A stretch of 64,000 bases of DNA from Acetofilamentum sp. (GCA_020721805.1 DYMB01000001.1:243149-307148); one strand, 5' to 3'. Positions 44,287-54,382 are shown, counted from the stretch's first letter. Translations and numbers: made by a program. The notes: generated by a model not told the origin, from the letters alone.

Positions 44287-45253
44287 AATAATAGCGACAG
44301 GCTCATATCTTCCCGAAAAAATTTTGACCAACGATGATCTCTCAAAAATGGTTGATACAAACGATGAATGGATAACACAGAGAACAGGTATAAAAAATAG
44401 ACATATAGCCGATAAAAATCAGGCTACAAGCGATCTTGGTGTTATAGCTGCAAAAAGGTGTTTTGAAACTTATGGAATTGAACCTGAAACCATAGATGCT
44501 ATCATTTTTGCTACTGTAACTCCAGACAAACTTTTCCCTTCAACAGCCATATATGTTCAAAAATCTCTTGGAATTTTAAATGTTCCAGCATTTGATATCT
44601 CAGCCGCTTGTTCTGGATTCATATATGGATTATCCGTTGCAGGTGGTCTTATAAACTCAACATCTATGAAAAGGATACTTGTATTTGGAGGTGAGACTCT
44701 ATCCAAAGTTACAAACTGGGAGGACAGATCCACATGTGTTCTTTTTGGAGATGGAGTTGGGGTTGCTGTTGTTGAAGAATCTTTTGATGAATCTGGTATC
44801 ATTTCAGTATATATAGGTGCCGATGGGAATATGGAATATCTTCTTCATCAACCAGCAGGAGGTTCAAGGAATCCAGCGACATTTGAAACCGTTGAAAAAA
44901 AATTACACACCATACATATGGCTGGAAATGAGGTTTATAAATTTGCCGTGAATACAATGCAGATGGCTGCCGAAAAGGCACTTGAACTTGCCAAGATAAC
45001 TTCTCAGGATATAAAATGGTTTATCCCGCATCAGGCTAATATAAGAATAATCGATACGACAGCAAAGTATTTAAAAGTCCCTAAGGAAAAAGTTTTCGTC
45101 AACATTGATAAAACCGCAAACACCTCAGCTGGATCGATACCGATAGCCCTGGATCAAATGAACAGGGAAGGGCTTTTGAAAAAAGGAGATCTGATCCTTA
45201 TTGATGCTTTTGGAGCAGGTTTCACCTGGGGAGCAGCTGTAATAAGGTGGTAG
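44273..45253 (+). CDS. fabH: 3-oxoacyl-ACP synthase III
   Basis: GTG start 5 nt after AGGAG; WITQRTGI, AACSGF, LFGDG, PHQAN, NTSA, GAGFTWG. Confidence 0.96.
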   Translation: MKKIKIIATGSYLPEKILTNDDLSKMVDTNDEWITQRTGIKNRHIADKNQATSDLGVIAAKRCFETYGIEPETIDAIIFATVTPDKLFPSTAIYVQKSLGILNVPAFDISAACSGFIYGLSVAGGLINSTSMKRILVFGGETLSKVTNWEDRSTCVLFGDGVGVAVVEESFDESGIISVYIGADGNMEYLLHQPAGGSRNPATFETVEKKLHTIHMAGNEVYKFAVNTMQMAAEKALELAKITSQDIKWFIPHQANIRIIDTTAKYLKVPKEKVFVNIDKTANTSAGSIPIALDQMNREGLLKKGDLILIDAFGAGFTWGAAVIRW

Positions 45254-45254
45254 A

Positions 45255-46160
45255 GTGAAAAATGTTTTAATGTTCCCAGGTCAGGGCTCTCAGTATGTCG
45301 GTATGGCTTCCGATCTGTATGAATACGATGAGGTGAAAAGACTTTTTGACCAAACTTCTCAGATAATCAATGATGATATAGCAAAAATAATGTTTTCAGG
45401 TCCAGATGAACTTCTTACCGAGTCAAAAAACGCTCAGGTGGCAATACTTTTACATTCCTTTTCAGTTTTTTCTCTTATGAAGGATAGAATAAAATTTGAT
45501 GCTGTATGTGGACATTCTCTTGGTGAATATACAGCTTTACTGGTATCTGGGGTTTTTGATTTTAAAAGTGCCGTGGAACTTGTAAGAAAGAGAGGCGAAC
45601 TGATGAGTTATGCTGGTTTGAAAGCAAAGGGCAGTATGGCTGCCGTTATAGGTCTTTCACCTTTGATAATTGAAGATGTTCTTTCTAAAATAGAAGGGGT
45701 TGTTATAGCCAATTATAATGGTGATCAACAAACCGTTATTTCTGGAACAGTTGAGGGTATTCAAAACGCAACTGAAATACTTTCCAAAAAAGGAGCAAGA
45801 AGGGTTGTAAAACTTAATGTCTCAGGTGCCTTTCATTCTCCTCTTATGGATTATGCGTATAGAGAGTTTGCCGATTTTATAGATAGATATGAATTCAATA
45901 AACCGAAATCATATGTCTTAATGAATGTTTCAGCCAATTTTGAAAATGATCCCACTAAAATCAGAGAACTGTTGAAAAAACAGATAATAAGTCCGGTAAA
46001 ATGGACACAGATAATGAGAAATCTTATAGATAACGGTTATGGTAATTTTTACGAAATGGGACCATCTAAAGTTTTATCTGGTATTTTGAAAAAGATAGAT
46101 TTAGAAAAAAGATCTTCTTCTTTTGAAAAGAAGGATGAAATATTAAATTTTAAGGAGTGA
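45255..46160 (+). CDS. fabD: Malonyl-CoA:ACP transacylase
   Basis: FPGQGSQ, GHSLGEY, RG, SGAFHSPLM, PVKW. Confidence 0.96.
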   Translation: MKNVLMFPGQGSQYVGMASDLYEYDEVKRLFDQTSQIINDDIAKIMFSGPDELLTESKNAQVAILLHSFSVFSLMKDRIKFDAVCGHSLGEYTALLVSGVFDFKSAVELVRKRGELMSYAGLKAKGSMAAVIGLSPLIIEDVLSKIEGVVIANYNGDQQTVISGTVEGIQNATEILSKKGARRVVKLNVSGAFHSPLMDYAYREFADFIDRYEFNKPKSYVLMNVSANFENDPTKIRELLKKQIISPVKWTQIMRNLIDNGYGNFYEMGPSKVLSGILKKIDLEKRSSSFEKKDEILNFKE

Positions 46161-46162
46161 AT

Positions 46163-46903
46163 ATGGAATTTAAAGGTAAAAATGTTATAGTTACAGGTGG
46201 AATCAGAGGTATAGGTAGAAGCATAGCTTTAAATTTTGCAAAGGAAGGTGCCGATATTATAATTTTTGATATGATTGAAGAAGGGAAGGATGAGTTGAAA
46301 GGGCTGATTGAAGATTACGGGGTAAGATTTGAATATTTTAAAGTTGATGTATCCAATTACTCTGAAGTGGAAAAAGTTGTAGATCTATTGATAGAAAAAT
46401 ATCAAAAAATAGATTTTCTTATAAACAATGCTGGTATAACGAAAGATAATCTTTTGATAAGTATGCAGGAAACCGATTGGGATAAAGTTATTTCTGTCAA
46501 TTTAAAAGGGACTTTCAACTGTTCAAAAAATGTTGTAAAATATATGATAAAAAAAAGATACGGTGCTATAGTAAATATTTCTTCTGTAATAGGTATAATG
46601 GGAAACAAAGGACAAGCGAATTATGCAGCGAGTAAGGCTGGAATAATCGGATTTACAAAATCACTAGCCAAAGAAGTTGGATTGAGAAATATAAGAGTGA
46701 ACGCGATAGCCCCTGGTTTTATAGAAACTGATATGACTAAAGTTCTACCTCAGGAAGTTATAAATGAATATTCCAAACTGATACCGATGGGAAGAATGGG
46801 AAAACCGGATGATGTTGCCAACCTTTGTTTATTTCTTTGTTCGGAAAGATCAAATTATGTTACCGGTCAGGTTATTCACTGTGATGGCGGTATGTTAATG
46901 TAA
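46163..46903 (+). CDS. fabG: 3-oxoacyl-ACP reductase
   Basis: TGG.RGIG, NNAGITKD, SSV, NYAASKAG, APGFIETDMT; ATG 5 nt after AGGAG. Confidence 0.96.
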   Translation: MEFKGKNVIVTGGIRGIGRSIALNFAKEGADIIIFDMIEEGKDELKGLIEDYGVRFEYFKVDVSNYSEVEKVVDLLIEKYQKIDFLINNAGITKDNLLISMQETDWDKVISVNLKGTFNCSKNVVKYMIKKRYGAIVNISSVIGIMGNKGQANYAASKAGIIGFTKSLAKEVGLRNIRVNAIAPGFIETDMTKVLPQEVINEYSKLIPMGRMGKPDDVANLCLFLCSERSNYVTGQVIHCDGGMLM

Positions 46904-46922
46904 AATAAATAAGGAGGTATTG

Positions 46923-47162
46923 ATGTCTCAGGTTTATGAAACAGTGAAAAAATTGTTGGTCGAAAATCTTTCAATCGATGAAGGTAAAATCAATGAAAAT
47001 GCTAACATTATGCAAGATCTTGGTGCTGATTCTCTCGATCTTATGGATCTTGTAAATGAACTTGAAAAGATCTATTCTATCAAGATTCCCCAGGAAGATT
47101 ATGCTAATTTGAAAACTGTTGGAGATGTAACGAAGTATATAGAAGGGAAAATAGCAAAATAA
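46923..47162 (+). CDS. acpP: Acyl carrier protein
   Basis: DLGADSLD phosphopantetheine site; TVGD. Confidence 0.96.
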   Translation: MSQVYETVKKLLVENLSIDEGKINENANIMQDLGADSLDLMDLVNELEKIYSIKIPQEDYANLKTVGDVTKYIEGKIAK

Positions 47163-47170
47163 AGATAAAC

Positions 47171-47196
47171 GATGAAGTGGGTTCTCCCACTTCATC
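47171..47196 (+). other. Intercistronic 11-bp hairpin between acpP and fabF
   Basis: GATGAAGTGGG-TTCT-CCCACTTCATC, no U-tract. Confidence 0.7.
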
Positions 47197-47212
47197 AACA
47201 TGGAGACAAAAT

Positions 47213-48448
47213 ATGAAGAGAGTTGTAATTACAGGTTTGGGTGTTTTATCTTCAATAGGGAACAATATCGATGAGTTTTCAAAAAATCTGTTTGCTGGTG
47301 GTAGTGGAATAACCAGAATAACAAAATTTGATGCAACAGGTTTTCCATCGATGATCGCTGGTGAAGTAAAAAATTTTAACCCTGAATTTATCTTTAACAA
47401 AAAAGAACAAAGAAGACTTGACCTCGTTACCCAATATAGTCTCTATGTTTGTGATGAGGCTATTAAAAATTCTTCAATAGATTTTAACTCAAGCGATCTT
47501 GACAGGATCGGGGTGATAATAGCATCCGGAATAGGTGGAGTTAAAACATGGGAAAAACAACACTCATTATTTTTGTCTGAAGGAGTTGATAGGTTGAGTC
47601 CATTCTTTATTCCTATGATGATAATAAATTCCTCTTCAGGAAATGTAGCCATAAAATATAAATTAAAAGGACCAAACTATTCTGTTGTATCGGCATGTGC
47701 TTCAAGTGGACATGCGATAGCTGATGCTTACAATCACATAATTCTTGATAATGCCGATGTTATGATATGCGGAGGTGCTGAAGCATCGATAACGCCACTC
47801 TCCGTAGGCGGATTCATAGCCTTACAGGCTTTATCAACGAAAAACGATATACCACAAAAAGCATCAAGACCATTTGATGCAACAAGGGATGGTTTCGTAA
47901 TAGCTGAAGGAGCGGCAGTTTTAATTCTTGAGAGTCTTGAGCACGCTTTGAAAAGAAATGCTCCCATATTAGCAGAAATTACAGGTTATGGTGTAAACGA
48001 TGATGCATACCATATAACCGCACCAGATGAATCAGGCGAAGGACCTTCAAAATGTATGTTACTCGCAATCAAAAGAAGTGGAAAGAGTGTTGAGGATGTT
48101 GATTATATAAATGCACATGGAACTTCAACAAAATTGAATGATCAGATAGAGACACTTGCTATAAAAAAGGCTCTAAAGGAAAAAGCATACGATGTAAACA
48201 TCTCCAGTACAAAATCTATGCATGGTCATATGCTTGGAGCAGCAAGTGCCGTTGAGGCTGTCGCAACGATACTTTCGATAAAAAATGGAATAATCCCACC
48301 AACCATAAATTATGAAAATAAAGACCCTAACTGTGATCTCAACTATACACCCAATTATGCTATAAAAAAGGATATAAAGTTTGCTCTTTCAAATTCTTTT
48401 GGTTTTGGTGGACATAATGTAACTCTTGCTTTTGCCAGGTATGAATGA
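47213..48448 (+). CDS. fabF: 3-oxoacyl-ACP synthase II
   Basis: MKRVVITGLG, SACASS, SRPFD..RDGFV, INAHGTST, STKSMHGH.LGA, NSFGFGGHN. Confidence 0.97.
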   Translation: MKRVVITGLGVLSSIGNNIDEFSKNLFAGGSGITRITKFDATGFPSMIAGEVKNFNPEFIFNKKEQRRLDLVTQYSLYVCDEAIKNSSIDFNSSDLDRIGVIIASGIGGVKTWEKQHSLFLSEGVDRLSPFFIPMMIINSSSGNVAIKYKLKGPNYSVVSACASSGHAIADAYNHIILDNADVMICGGAEASITPLSVGGFIALQALSTKNDIPQKASRPFDATRDGFVIAEGAAVLILESLEHALKRNAPILAEITGYGVNDDAYHITAPDESGEGPSKCMLLAIKRSGKSVEDVDYINAHGTSTKLNDQIETLAIKKALKEKAYDVNISSTKSMHGHMLGAASAVEAVATILSIKNGIIPPTINYENKDPNCDLNYTPNYAIKKDIKFALSNSFGFGGHNVTLAFARYE

Positions 48449-49097
48449 TATTCTTCTTGTTGAAAAGTTTAAAAAAAAAACCGGAATAGATTTTGAAAAT
48501 ACACAACTTTTAAAAGAATCGATAACACACAGATCAAACGGTGATAGCGGGTCCTATGAGAGACTCGAATTTCTTGGAGATTCTATTCTTTCATTTTTAA
48601 CATCCCTTTATCTTTATAAAAAAAATAAAGATTTTTCAGAGGGAGAACTTTCAAAAAAAAGGAGTGAAATAGTTAACAGGGAGAATCTCGCCTTTGTATT
48701 TGACAAACTCAACCTGGATGAGATTATCATAGCTGATAGAAAATCTTTAAAAACTCTACCAGATTCTATAAAGGAAGATGTTGTGGAATCTATTTTTGGA
48801 GCGATATATCTTGAAAAAGGATTAAGGGGAGTAAAAAAATTTTTTAAACTTCTTCTTAAAAATTCAAGAGAAATTTCAGATGAGTTCTATGCGAAAAATC
48901 AACTACAGGAACTATCCCTGGTGAAATTTAAAAAATTGCCTTTGTTTAAAACTGAAGTTTACAGTAATGAAAAGTTTAAGTGTAAAGTTTATCTTGATGG
49001 TAAATATTATGCTCAATCTGTTGGTAAGACAAAAAAAGAGAGCGAAAAAAAAGCAGCAAAAAATGCTTTAAAGAAGATATATAAGGAGAGTGTATGA
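48441..49097 (+). CDS. rnc: Ribonuclease III
   Basis: THRS, ERLEFLGD, EGELS, D..E...GAIYL, dsRBD KNQLQE...G..KKE.E..AA. Confidence 0.93.
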   Translation: MNDILLVEKFKKKTGIDFENTQLLKESITHRSNGDSGSYERLEFLGDSILSFLTSLYLYKKNKDFSEGELSKKRSEIVNRENLAFVFDKLNLDEIIIADRKSLKTLPDSIKEDVVESIFGAIYLEKGLRGVKKFFKLLLKNSREISDEFYAKNQLQELSLVKFKKLPLFKTEVYSNEKFKCKVYLDGKYYAQSVGKTKKESEKKAAKNALKKIYKESV

Positions 49098-49888
49098 ATA
49101 TTGTAGTTTGTATAAAACAGGTTCCAGATACGAGTCAGATGAAGTTTGATCCTGAAACGAAGACTATAAAAAGAGAGGGGGTTGAAAATATAGTTAATCC
49201 TTTCGATCTTTATGCTGTTGAAGAGGCACTAAGGATAAAGGAAAAGTTTTTCCCGGATGCTACCATAACTGCGATATCGATGGGTCCAAAACAGGCTGAA
49301 AACGCTTTAAGGGAAGTTGTCTCAATGGGTGTGGATAAAGCGATACTTTTATCAGACAAGTCATTTGCCGCATCCGATACACTCGCAACCAGTTATGTTC
49401 TCTCTGAGGCTATAAAAAAATTGGGTGATGTTAAACTTGTGCTTTTTGGAAAAATGGCTATAGATGGGGATACCGCACAGGTTGGTCCGGAGGTCGCCGC
49501 CCTTTTGGATATACCTCAAATAACATTTGTAAGAAAAATAGTTGAAATAACAAAAGATCATATCATAGCACAAAGAGGTATGGAGGATGGTTTTGAAACT
49601 TTGAAGGTCAGTTTACCGGCCGTGATAACATGTATAAAGGAACTCAATGAACCAAGACTTCCATCCCTGAGAGGAAAGATAAGGGCAAAAAAAGAGGATA
49701 TACCCGTATGGGATGCAAACTATTTAAATATAGATCTTGAAAGATGTGGCTTCAAAGGATCCCCCACATGGGTTACAAAAGCTTTCACACCAACGATTCA
49801 GAAGGAGAATATAATATTCAACGACGAGGATCAAAACAAGAATGTTGAAAATCTTATAAATGAACTTAAAAAGAAATCTATACTTTAA
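49094..49888 (+). CDS. etfB: Electron transfer flavoprotein beta subunit (bifurcating-type motifs)
   Basis: VCIKQVPD, NPFD, SMGP, DTLATS, GKMAIDGDTAQVGP, EPRLP, GSPT.V. Confidence 0.94.
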   Translation: MNIVVCIKQVPDTSQMKFDPETKTIKREGVENIVNPFDLYAVEEALRIKEKFFPDATITAISMGPKQAENALREVVSMGVDKAILLSDKSFAASDTLATSYVLSEAIKKLGDVKLVLFGKMAIDGDTAQVGPEVAALLDIPQITFVRKIVEITKDHIIAQRGMEDGFETLKVSLPAVITCIKELNEPRLPSLRGKIRAKKEDIPVWDANYLNIDLERCGFKGSPTWVTKAFTPTIQKENIIFNDEDQNKNVENLINELKKKSIL

Positions 49889-49897
49889 GGAGTATAT

Positions 49898-50893
49898 ATG
49901 GATTTAAAAGAATATAAAGGCGTTCTGGTTTACATTGAAACAAGGTTTGGAAAAATTGAAAAAGTTTCATTTGAACTTCTTAACAAGGGAAGAGAACTTG
50001 CTGATAAAAAGAGAGTTGATCTGACTAGTCTTATAATAGGTTATGATGTTGAAAAATTTTCAGATGAACTCATAAAAAAGGGTTCGGATAAAGTTATACT
50101 TGTTGATGATGAAAGGCTAAAAGATTTTGTGGATTCAACATATTCCAATATTGTTGTTGATGTTGTAAAAAAGTATAAACCTGAAATCTTTATAGCGGGT
50201 TCAACAAATATAGGTAGATCTCTATTCCCAAGAGTTTCCGCAAAACTTTTAACAGGTCTTACAGCAGATTGTACCGAACTTGATATAGATCCAGAGGATG
50301 GGAAACTGTTGCAAACAAGACCAGCCGCAGGTGGATCGATAATGGCTACGATCGTAACTCCAAACAGAAGACCACAGATGGCAACCGTAAGACACAAAGT
50401 CTTTAAAGAGGCGATTATGGATCCGAAAAGAACCGGAATAGTCGAAAGGTTCTCTATAGAGGAAAGAATGATAGATAAAAGGGTCGAGTATCTTGGTTTC
50501 GAAAAAGATGAAACTCAGACTGTAAACCTTTCAGATGCTGATATCATAGTATCTGGTGGAAGAGGTTTAAAATCAAAAGATAATTTTAGTTTAATATTTG
50601 AACTGGCTGGTCTTCTTAACGGTGCCGTAGGTGCTTCAAGACCCTGTATAGATGATGGATGGTTACCATTCTCCCATCAGGTCGGTCAGACAGGTAAAAC
50701 GGTTTCTCCAAAACTTTATCTGGCTGTTGGAATATCTGGAGCCATACAGCATCTTGCAGGTATGAAATCTTCCGAAACTATAATCGCTATAAATAAGGAC
50801 CCAAACTCCCCAATTTTTCAGGTGGCTGATTATGGAATAGTTGGTGATCTTTTTGAGGTTGTGCCACTTCTTATAAAAAAGTTGAAAAGATGA
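49898..50893 (+). CDS. etfA: Electron transfer flavoprotein alpha subunit
   Basis: GLTADC, TRPAAGG, PQMATVR, SGGRG, GASR, QVGQTGKTV.P, GISGAIQH, AINKD. Confidence 0.95.
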   Translation: MDLKEYKGVLVYIETRFGKIEKVSFELLNKGRELADKKRVDLTSLIIGYDVEKFSDELIKKGSDKVILVDDERLKDFVDSTYSNIVVDVVKKYKPEIFIAGSTNIGRSLFPRVSAKLLTGLTADCTELDIDPEDGKLLQTRPAAGGSIMATIVTPNRRPQMATVRHKVFKEAIMDPKRTGIVERFSIEERMIDKRVEYLGFEKDETQTVNLSDADIIVSGGRGLKSKDNFSLIFELAGLLNGAVGASRPCIDDGWLPFSHQVGQTGKTVSPKLYLAVGISGAIQHLAGMKSSETIIAINKDPNSPIFQVADYGIVGDLFEVVPLLIKKLKR

Positions 50894-51597
50894 AAAAATA
50901 TTCAATAAGTGCGATGTTTCCCTGCTATAATGACAGGGAAACCATAAGTTTACTTATTGATAAGGTGAATTCAAAATTAAAACAATTTGCAGATGATTAC
51001 GAGATAATAGTTGTTGATGATTTTTCCACTGATGGTTCAAGAGAGATTTTACTTGAAAAATCAAAAGAGAATAAAAAGTTGAGATTGATCTTCCATGATA
51101 AAAATTTAGGCTATGGTTTAACGATAAGGGATGGATTGTTAAATGCTAAATTTCCCTATTTTTTTTATACAGATGGTGATGGGCAGTATGATCCTGATGA
51201 AATAGAAAAACTGATAAAATTTCTTGATGATGATATGGCCCTTGTTAACGGATATAAGATTTTAAGGAGGGATCCATTTTACAGGATAATAATAGGAAGA
51301 CTCTATAACCTTTTTATGAAATTTTTTTTTGGAATAAAACTTAAAGATATCGATTGTGATTTCAGGATAATTAAAAAAGATATCTTTAAAGATGAAAAAT
51401 TTATTTCAACCTCTGGAACCATATGTGTTGAAATGGTAAAAAAGATCGAATTGAAAAAGGGAAAGATAAAAGAGGTTGGTGTAAACCATTACAACAGAGA
51501 ATATGGTAATTCACAGTTTTTCAATTTTAAAAGATTATTTTTTGTTAGTTTTCATATTTTGATTTTATGGTATAATATTGTAGGTAAAAGGAGATAA
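50890..51597 (+). CDS. GT2 polyprenol-phosphate glycosyltransferase (DPM1/ArnC-like)
   Basis: PCYN, VVDD.STDGS, N.GYG, TDGDGQY, DIDCDF, R..G.S. Confidence 0.88.
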   Translation: MKKYSISAMFPCYNDRETISLLIDKVNSKLKQFADDYEIIVVDDFSTDGSREILLEKSKENKKLRLIFHDKNLGYGLTIRDGLLNAKFPYFFYTDGDGQYDPDEIEKLIKFLDDDMALVNGYKILRRDPFYRIIIGRLYNLFMKFFFGIKLKDIDCDFRIIKKDIFKDEKFISTSGTICVEMVKKIELKKGKIKEVGVNHYNREYGNSQFFNFKRLFFVSFHILILWYNIVGKRR

Positions 51598-51601
51598 TTT
51601 T

Positions 51602-52579
51602 ATGAAAACAAAAAAAATAAAATCTGTTCTTATAACCGGTGGTTTAGGTTTCATAGGTTTAAACCTTTCACAGTTTTTTATTCAAAAGGGGATTGAAGTT
51701 TTTGTTCTCGATTCAAAGAATGAAAATTCTGGTTATAACGAATTTCATCTACTTACCCTTAAGAAAAAAGGTTTGACTATAATTGAGGGGACGATAGGTA
51801 ATATTCATAAGCATAGAGAAATATTGAAAAATGTTGATTCTGTTGTTGACCTTGCCGGACTTATAGGACATCTTGATTCTATGAAAAATCCACTTGCTGA
51901 TATAGAGAATAATACTGTTGAACATATTAGATTTCTTGAAAATATCAAAGGATTTAAAATCTCTAAAATAGTTTACACTTCTACAAGACAGGTTTATGGG
52001 AAACAGGAGAAGATGCCTGTTGATGAAAATGCCACTGTAAAACCTCTTGATTTCAACGGGATCAACAAATATTCGACTGAATCATATTATTCGATATATT
52101 CAAAACACTTAAACTTTGATGTCGTGATTTTGAGATTATCAAACATATATGGTGAAGGTATGCATATAAGGGATAAAAGGTTATCATTTTTGGGTTGGTT
52201 TATGAACAGGATCATAACAAATAATCCTATAGAAATTTTTGGTGATGGCTTAAATGTTAGAGATCTTCTCTATGTTGGAGATCTTGTAAATACAATATAC
52301 AATTCACTTGTTATGGATGTTTCCGGAATTTTCAATGTTGGTTCAGATAAAACATTCACTCTTAAAAGAATTGCCGAAATTCTTGTTGATTTGAATCCTA
52401 AATCTTCAATAATCTATGTTCCCTTTCCTGACGTTTTGAAAAACATAGATATTGGTTCTTTTATAATAGATAATTCGAAAGCAAAAAATCTACTTGAACA
52501 CAGAGAAATTGTTAGTATAGAGGAAGGGTTGAAAAAAACTTATGAATACTTCCAAAAATATAAAGGATATTATCTATGA
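51602..52579 (+). CDS. NAD-dependent epimerase/dehydratase (extended SDR) with NxxxK in place of YxxxK
   Basis: TGGLGFIG, STRQVYG, PLDFNGINK, RLSNIYG, GDG...RD..YV.D, FNVG. Confidence 0.88.
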   Translation: MKTKKIKSVLITGGLGFIGLNLSQFFIQKGIEVFVLDSKNENSGYNEFHLLTLKKKGLTIIEGTIGNIHKHREILKNVDSVVDLAGLIGHLDSMKNPLADIENNTVEHIRFLENIKGFKISKIVYTSTRQVYGKQEKMPVDENATVKPLDFNGINKYSTESYYSIYSKHLNFDVVILRLSNIYGEGMHIRDKRLSFLGWFMNRIITNNPIEIFGDGLNVRDLLYVGDLVNTIYNSLVMDVSGIFNVGSDKTFTLKRIAEILVDLNPKSSIIYVPFPDVLKNIDIGSFIIDNSKAKNLLEHREIVSIEEGLKKTYEYFQKYKGYYL

Positions 52580-53643
52580 TACCTTTTACTCAATTGAACA
52601 GGAATAAAGAGGAATTTAAAAGAATAAAAAAAGAACTGGATAATTTTTATAAAAAAGGGAAGTTTATTCTTGGAGATTATAACAGTGAGTTTGAAAATCT
52701 TTTTGGAAAGTTTATAGGTAAAAAATATGTTGTTGGAACAGGTAACGCAACCGATTCTTTATATCTTATCCTTAGAATATTAAAAGCCAAAAAGGTTGGA
52801 GTGTGCGCTTCGAGTCCTTTACCATGTGGACAGGCGATAAAAATGGCTGGTTGTGAGATGGTTCTTTTTGATACCTATCCAGATTCAGGATTGGTTAATA
52901 TCGAGCAGTTTCAAAAATCTAGAAAAAAAATAGATCTCTTTCTTGCGGTTCATCTATATGGACAGGCTGAAAGGATTGAAATATTGAAAGATGTTTGTGA
53001 TAGAAAGGGAATAGTTCTTGTTGAGGATTGTTCACAATCAATAGATACCTATATCGATGGGAAACATACAGGCTCCAACTCTGTCTTGTCAGCATTTTCA
53101 TTCTATCCAACGAAAAATTTAGGATGCTATGGTGATGGGGGAGCTATTGCAACAGATGATTTTAAATTGTACACAATGCTTCAAAAGATGAGAAATTATG
53201 GTCAGAAAGAGATATACTCTTCAGAAATGGAAGGGATAAACAGTAGACTCGATGAAATTCAGGCACTCGTTTTAATTGAAAAACTTAAAAGTCTAAAGAA
53301 AAAAAATGACAAAAGAAGGGAAATAATAAGGAAATATTATGATGGAATAAAAAATAAATATGTATCTTTTCCTTCGGAAAGATATTATAAAACTTCAAAT
53401 GGTCATATCTTCCCAATATTTTCACAAAGAAGGGATCAACTTAAAGAGCATCTTTTAAAACAGGGTATAATCACAGCGATCCATTATCCTTATCCTTTAC
53501 ATAAACAAAAATATTTTTATCAGGATATAATTTTGAAAAACTCGGAAAAACTTTCAAAAAGAGAACTTTCACTACCGATTTTTCCTGAAATGACGGATAA
53601 TGAGGTTTTAGAGGTTATAAAAGGAGTAAACTCTTTTAAATGA
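52576..53643 (+). CDS. DegT/DnrJ/EryC1/StrS sugar aminotransferase
   Basis: VHLYGQ, EDCSQS, FSFYPTKNLGCYGDGG (PLP Lys), RNYG, NSRLDEIQA, IHYP, LSLP. Confidence 0.93.
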   Translation: MIPFTQLNRNKEEFKRIKKELDNFYKKGKFILGDYNSEFENLFGKFIGKKYVVGTGNATDSLYLILRILKAKKVGVCASSPLPCGQAIKMAGCEMVLFDTYPDSGLVNIEQFQKSRKKIDLFLAVHLYGQAERIEILKDVCDRKGIVLVEDCSQSIDTYIDGKHTGSNSVLSAFSFYPTKNLGCYGDGGAIATDDFKLYTMLQKMRNYGQKEIYSSEMEGINSRLDEIQALVLIEKLKSLKKKNDKRREIIRKYYDGIKNKYVSFPSERYYKTSNGHIFPIFSQRRDQLKEHLLKQGIITAIHYPYPLHKQKYFYQDIILKNSEKLSKRELSLPIFPEMTDNEVLEVIKGVNSFK

Positions 53644-54359
53644 GAAACAAAGAATTTGATAATGTTTTTAAAATTGAAGAGAACCATTTCTGGTTTATCA
53701 ACAAAAGAAGAATCGTTGATTTTTATTTGAAAAAATATTATAAAGATGGTTTGATACTCGACTCAGCATGTGGAACTGGAAGGGATATAAAAGATTTAAA
53801 GGATGCGATAGGAATGGATTATAGTTTCGATGGTTTACTACTGGCTTACAATTATTGCAAAAGTTTGGTTAACGGTGATGCAAACTTTTTACCTTTTAAA
53901 GATAAAACTTTTTCAATTATTTTTTCGTTCGATTTAATACAACATAAAAGTATTGATATAGATAAAGTTTTAAGAGAGTATAACAGAGTTTTAAAGAAGG
54001 GTGGATATGTTTTTTTGAACCTTCCAATGTTTAACTTTTTATATAGTAATCATGATAATGTTGTTGAAACTTCAAAAAGATTTTCTACCAGAGATTTTAA
54101 AATTTTTAAATCTTATGGTTTTACCATCAAAGAAAAATCTTTCTGGAATTTTTTATTTTTCCTTCCTATAATTTTTTATAGAAAGGTAATATCAAATTTT
54201 TTATCATATGATGAATATTCCGATGTTAGACCTCTTAAACCTTCTATGAATAAAGTTTTTGATAGACTGTTTAAATTTGAATTTTTTCTTTTCAAAATGG
54301 GTTTTATTCCTGTTGGAGTTTCATCATTTGTTGTTTTAAGTAAACAGGTTGACCTATAA
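53640..54359 (+). CDS. Class I SAM-dependent methyltransferase
   Basis: E..HFWF..R, LDSACGTG, GMD, GDA..LPF.D..F, RVLK.GG, HD. Confidence 0.85.
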   Translation: MRNKEFDNVFKIEENHFWFINKRRIVDFYLKKYYKDGLILDSACGTGRDIKDLKDAIGMDYSFDGLLLAYNYCKSLVNGDANFLPFKDKTFSIIFSFDLIQHKSIDIDKVLREYNRVLKKGGYVFLNLPMFNFLYSNHDNVVETSKRFSTRDFKIFKSYGFTIKEKSFWNFLFFLPIIFYRKVISNFLSYDEYSDVRPLKPSMNKVFDRLFKFEFFLFKMGFIPVGVSSFVVLSKQVDL

Positions 54360-54376
54360 TTTTTCAATATTATAAT
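54349..54376 (+). promoter_or_regulatory. sigma70-type promoter, probably giving a leaderless mRNA
   Basis: TTGACC, 16 bp, TATAAT; ATG 54383 follows after 6 nt with no SD. Confidence 0.7.
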
Positions 54377-54382
54377 AAAAAT

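Noticed and set aside
42582-48440. Longest-ORF starts for yceD, fabH, fabG, acpP, fabF and rnc
   Set aside because: They fall inside promoters, hairpins or SD sequences. Downstream starts fit SD spacing and family N-termini better.
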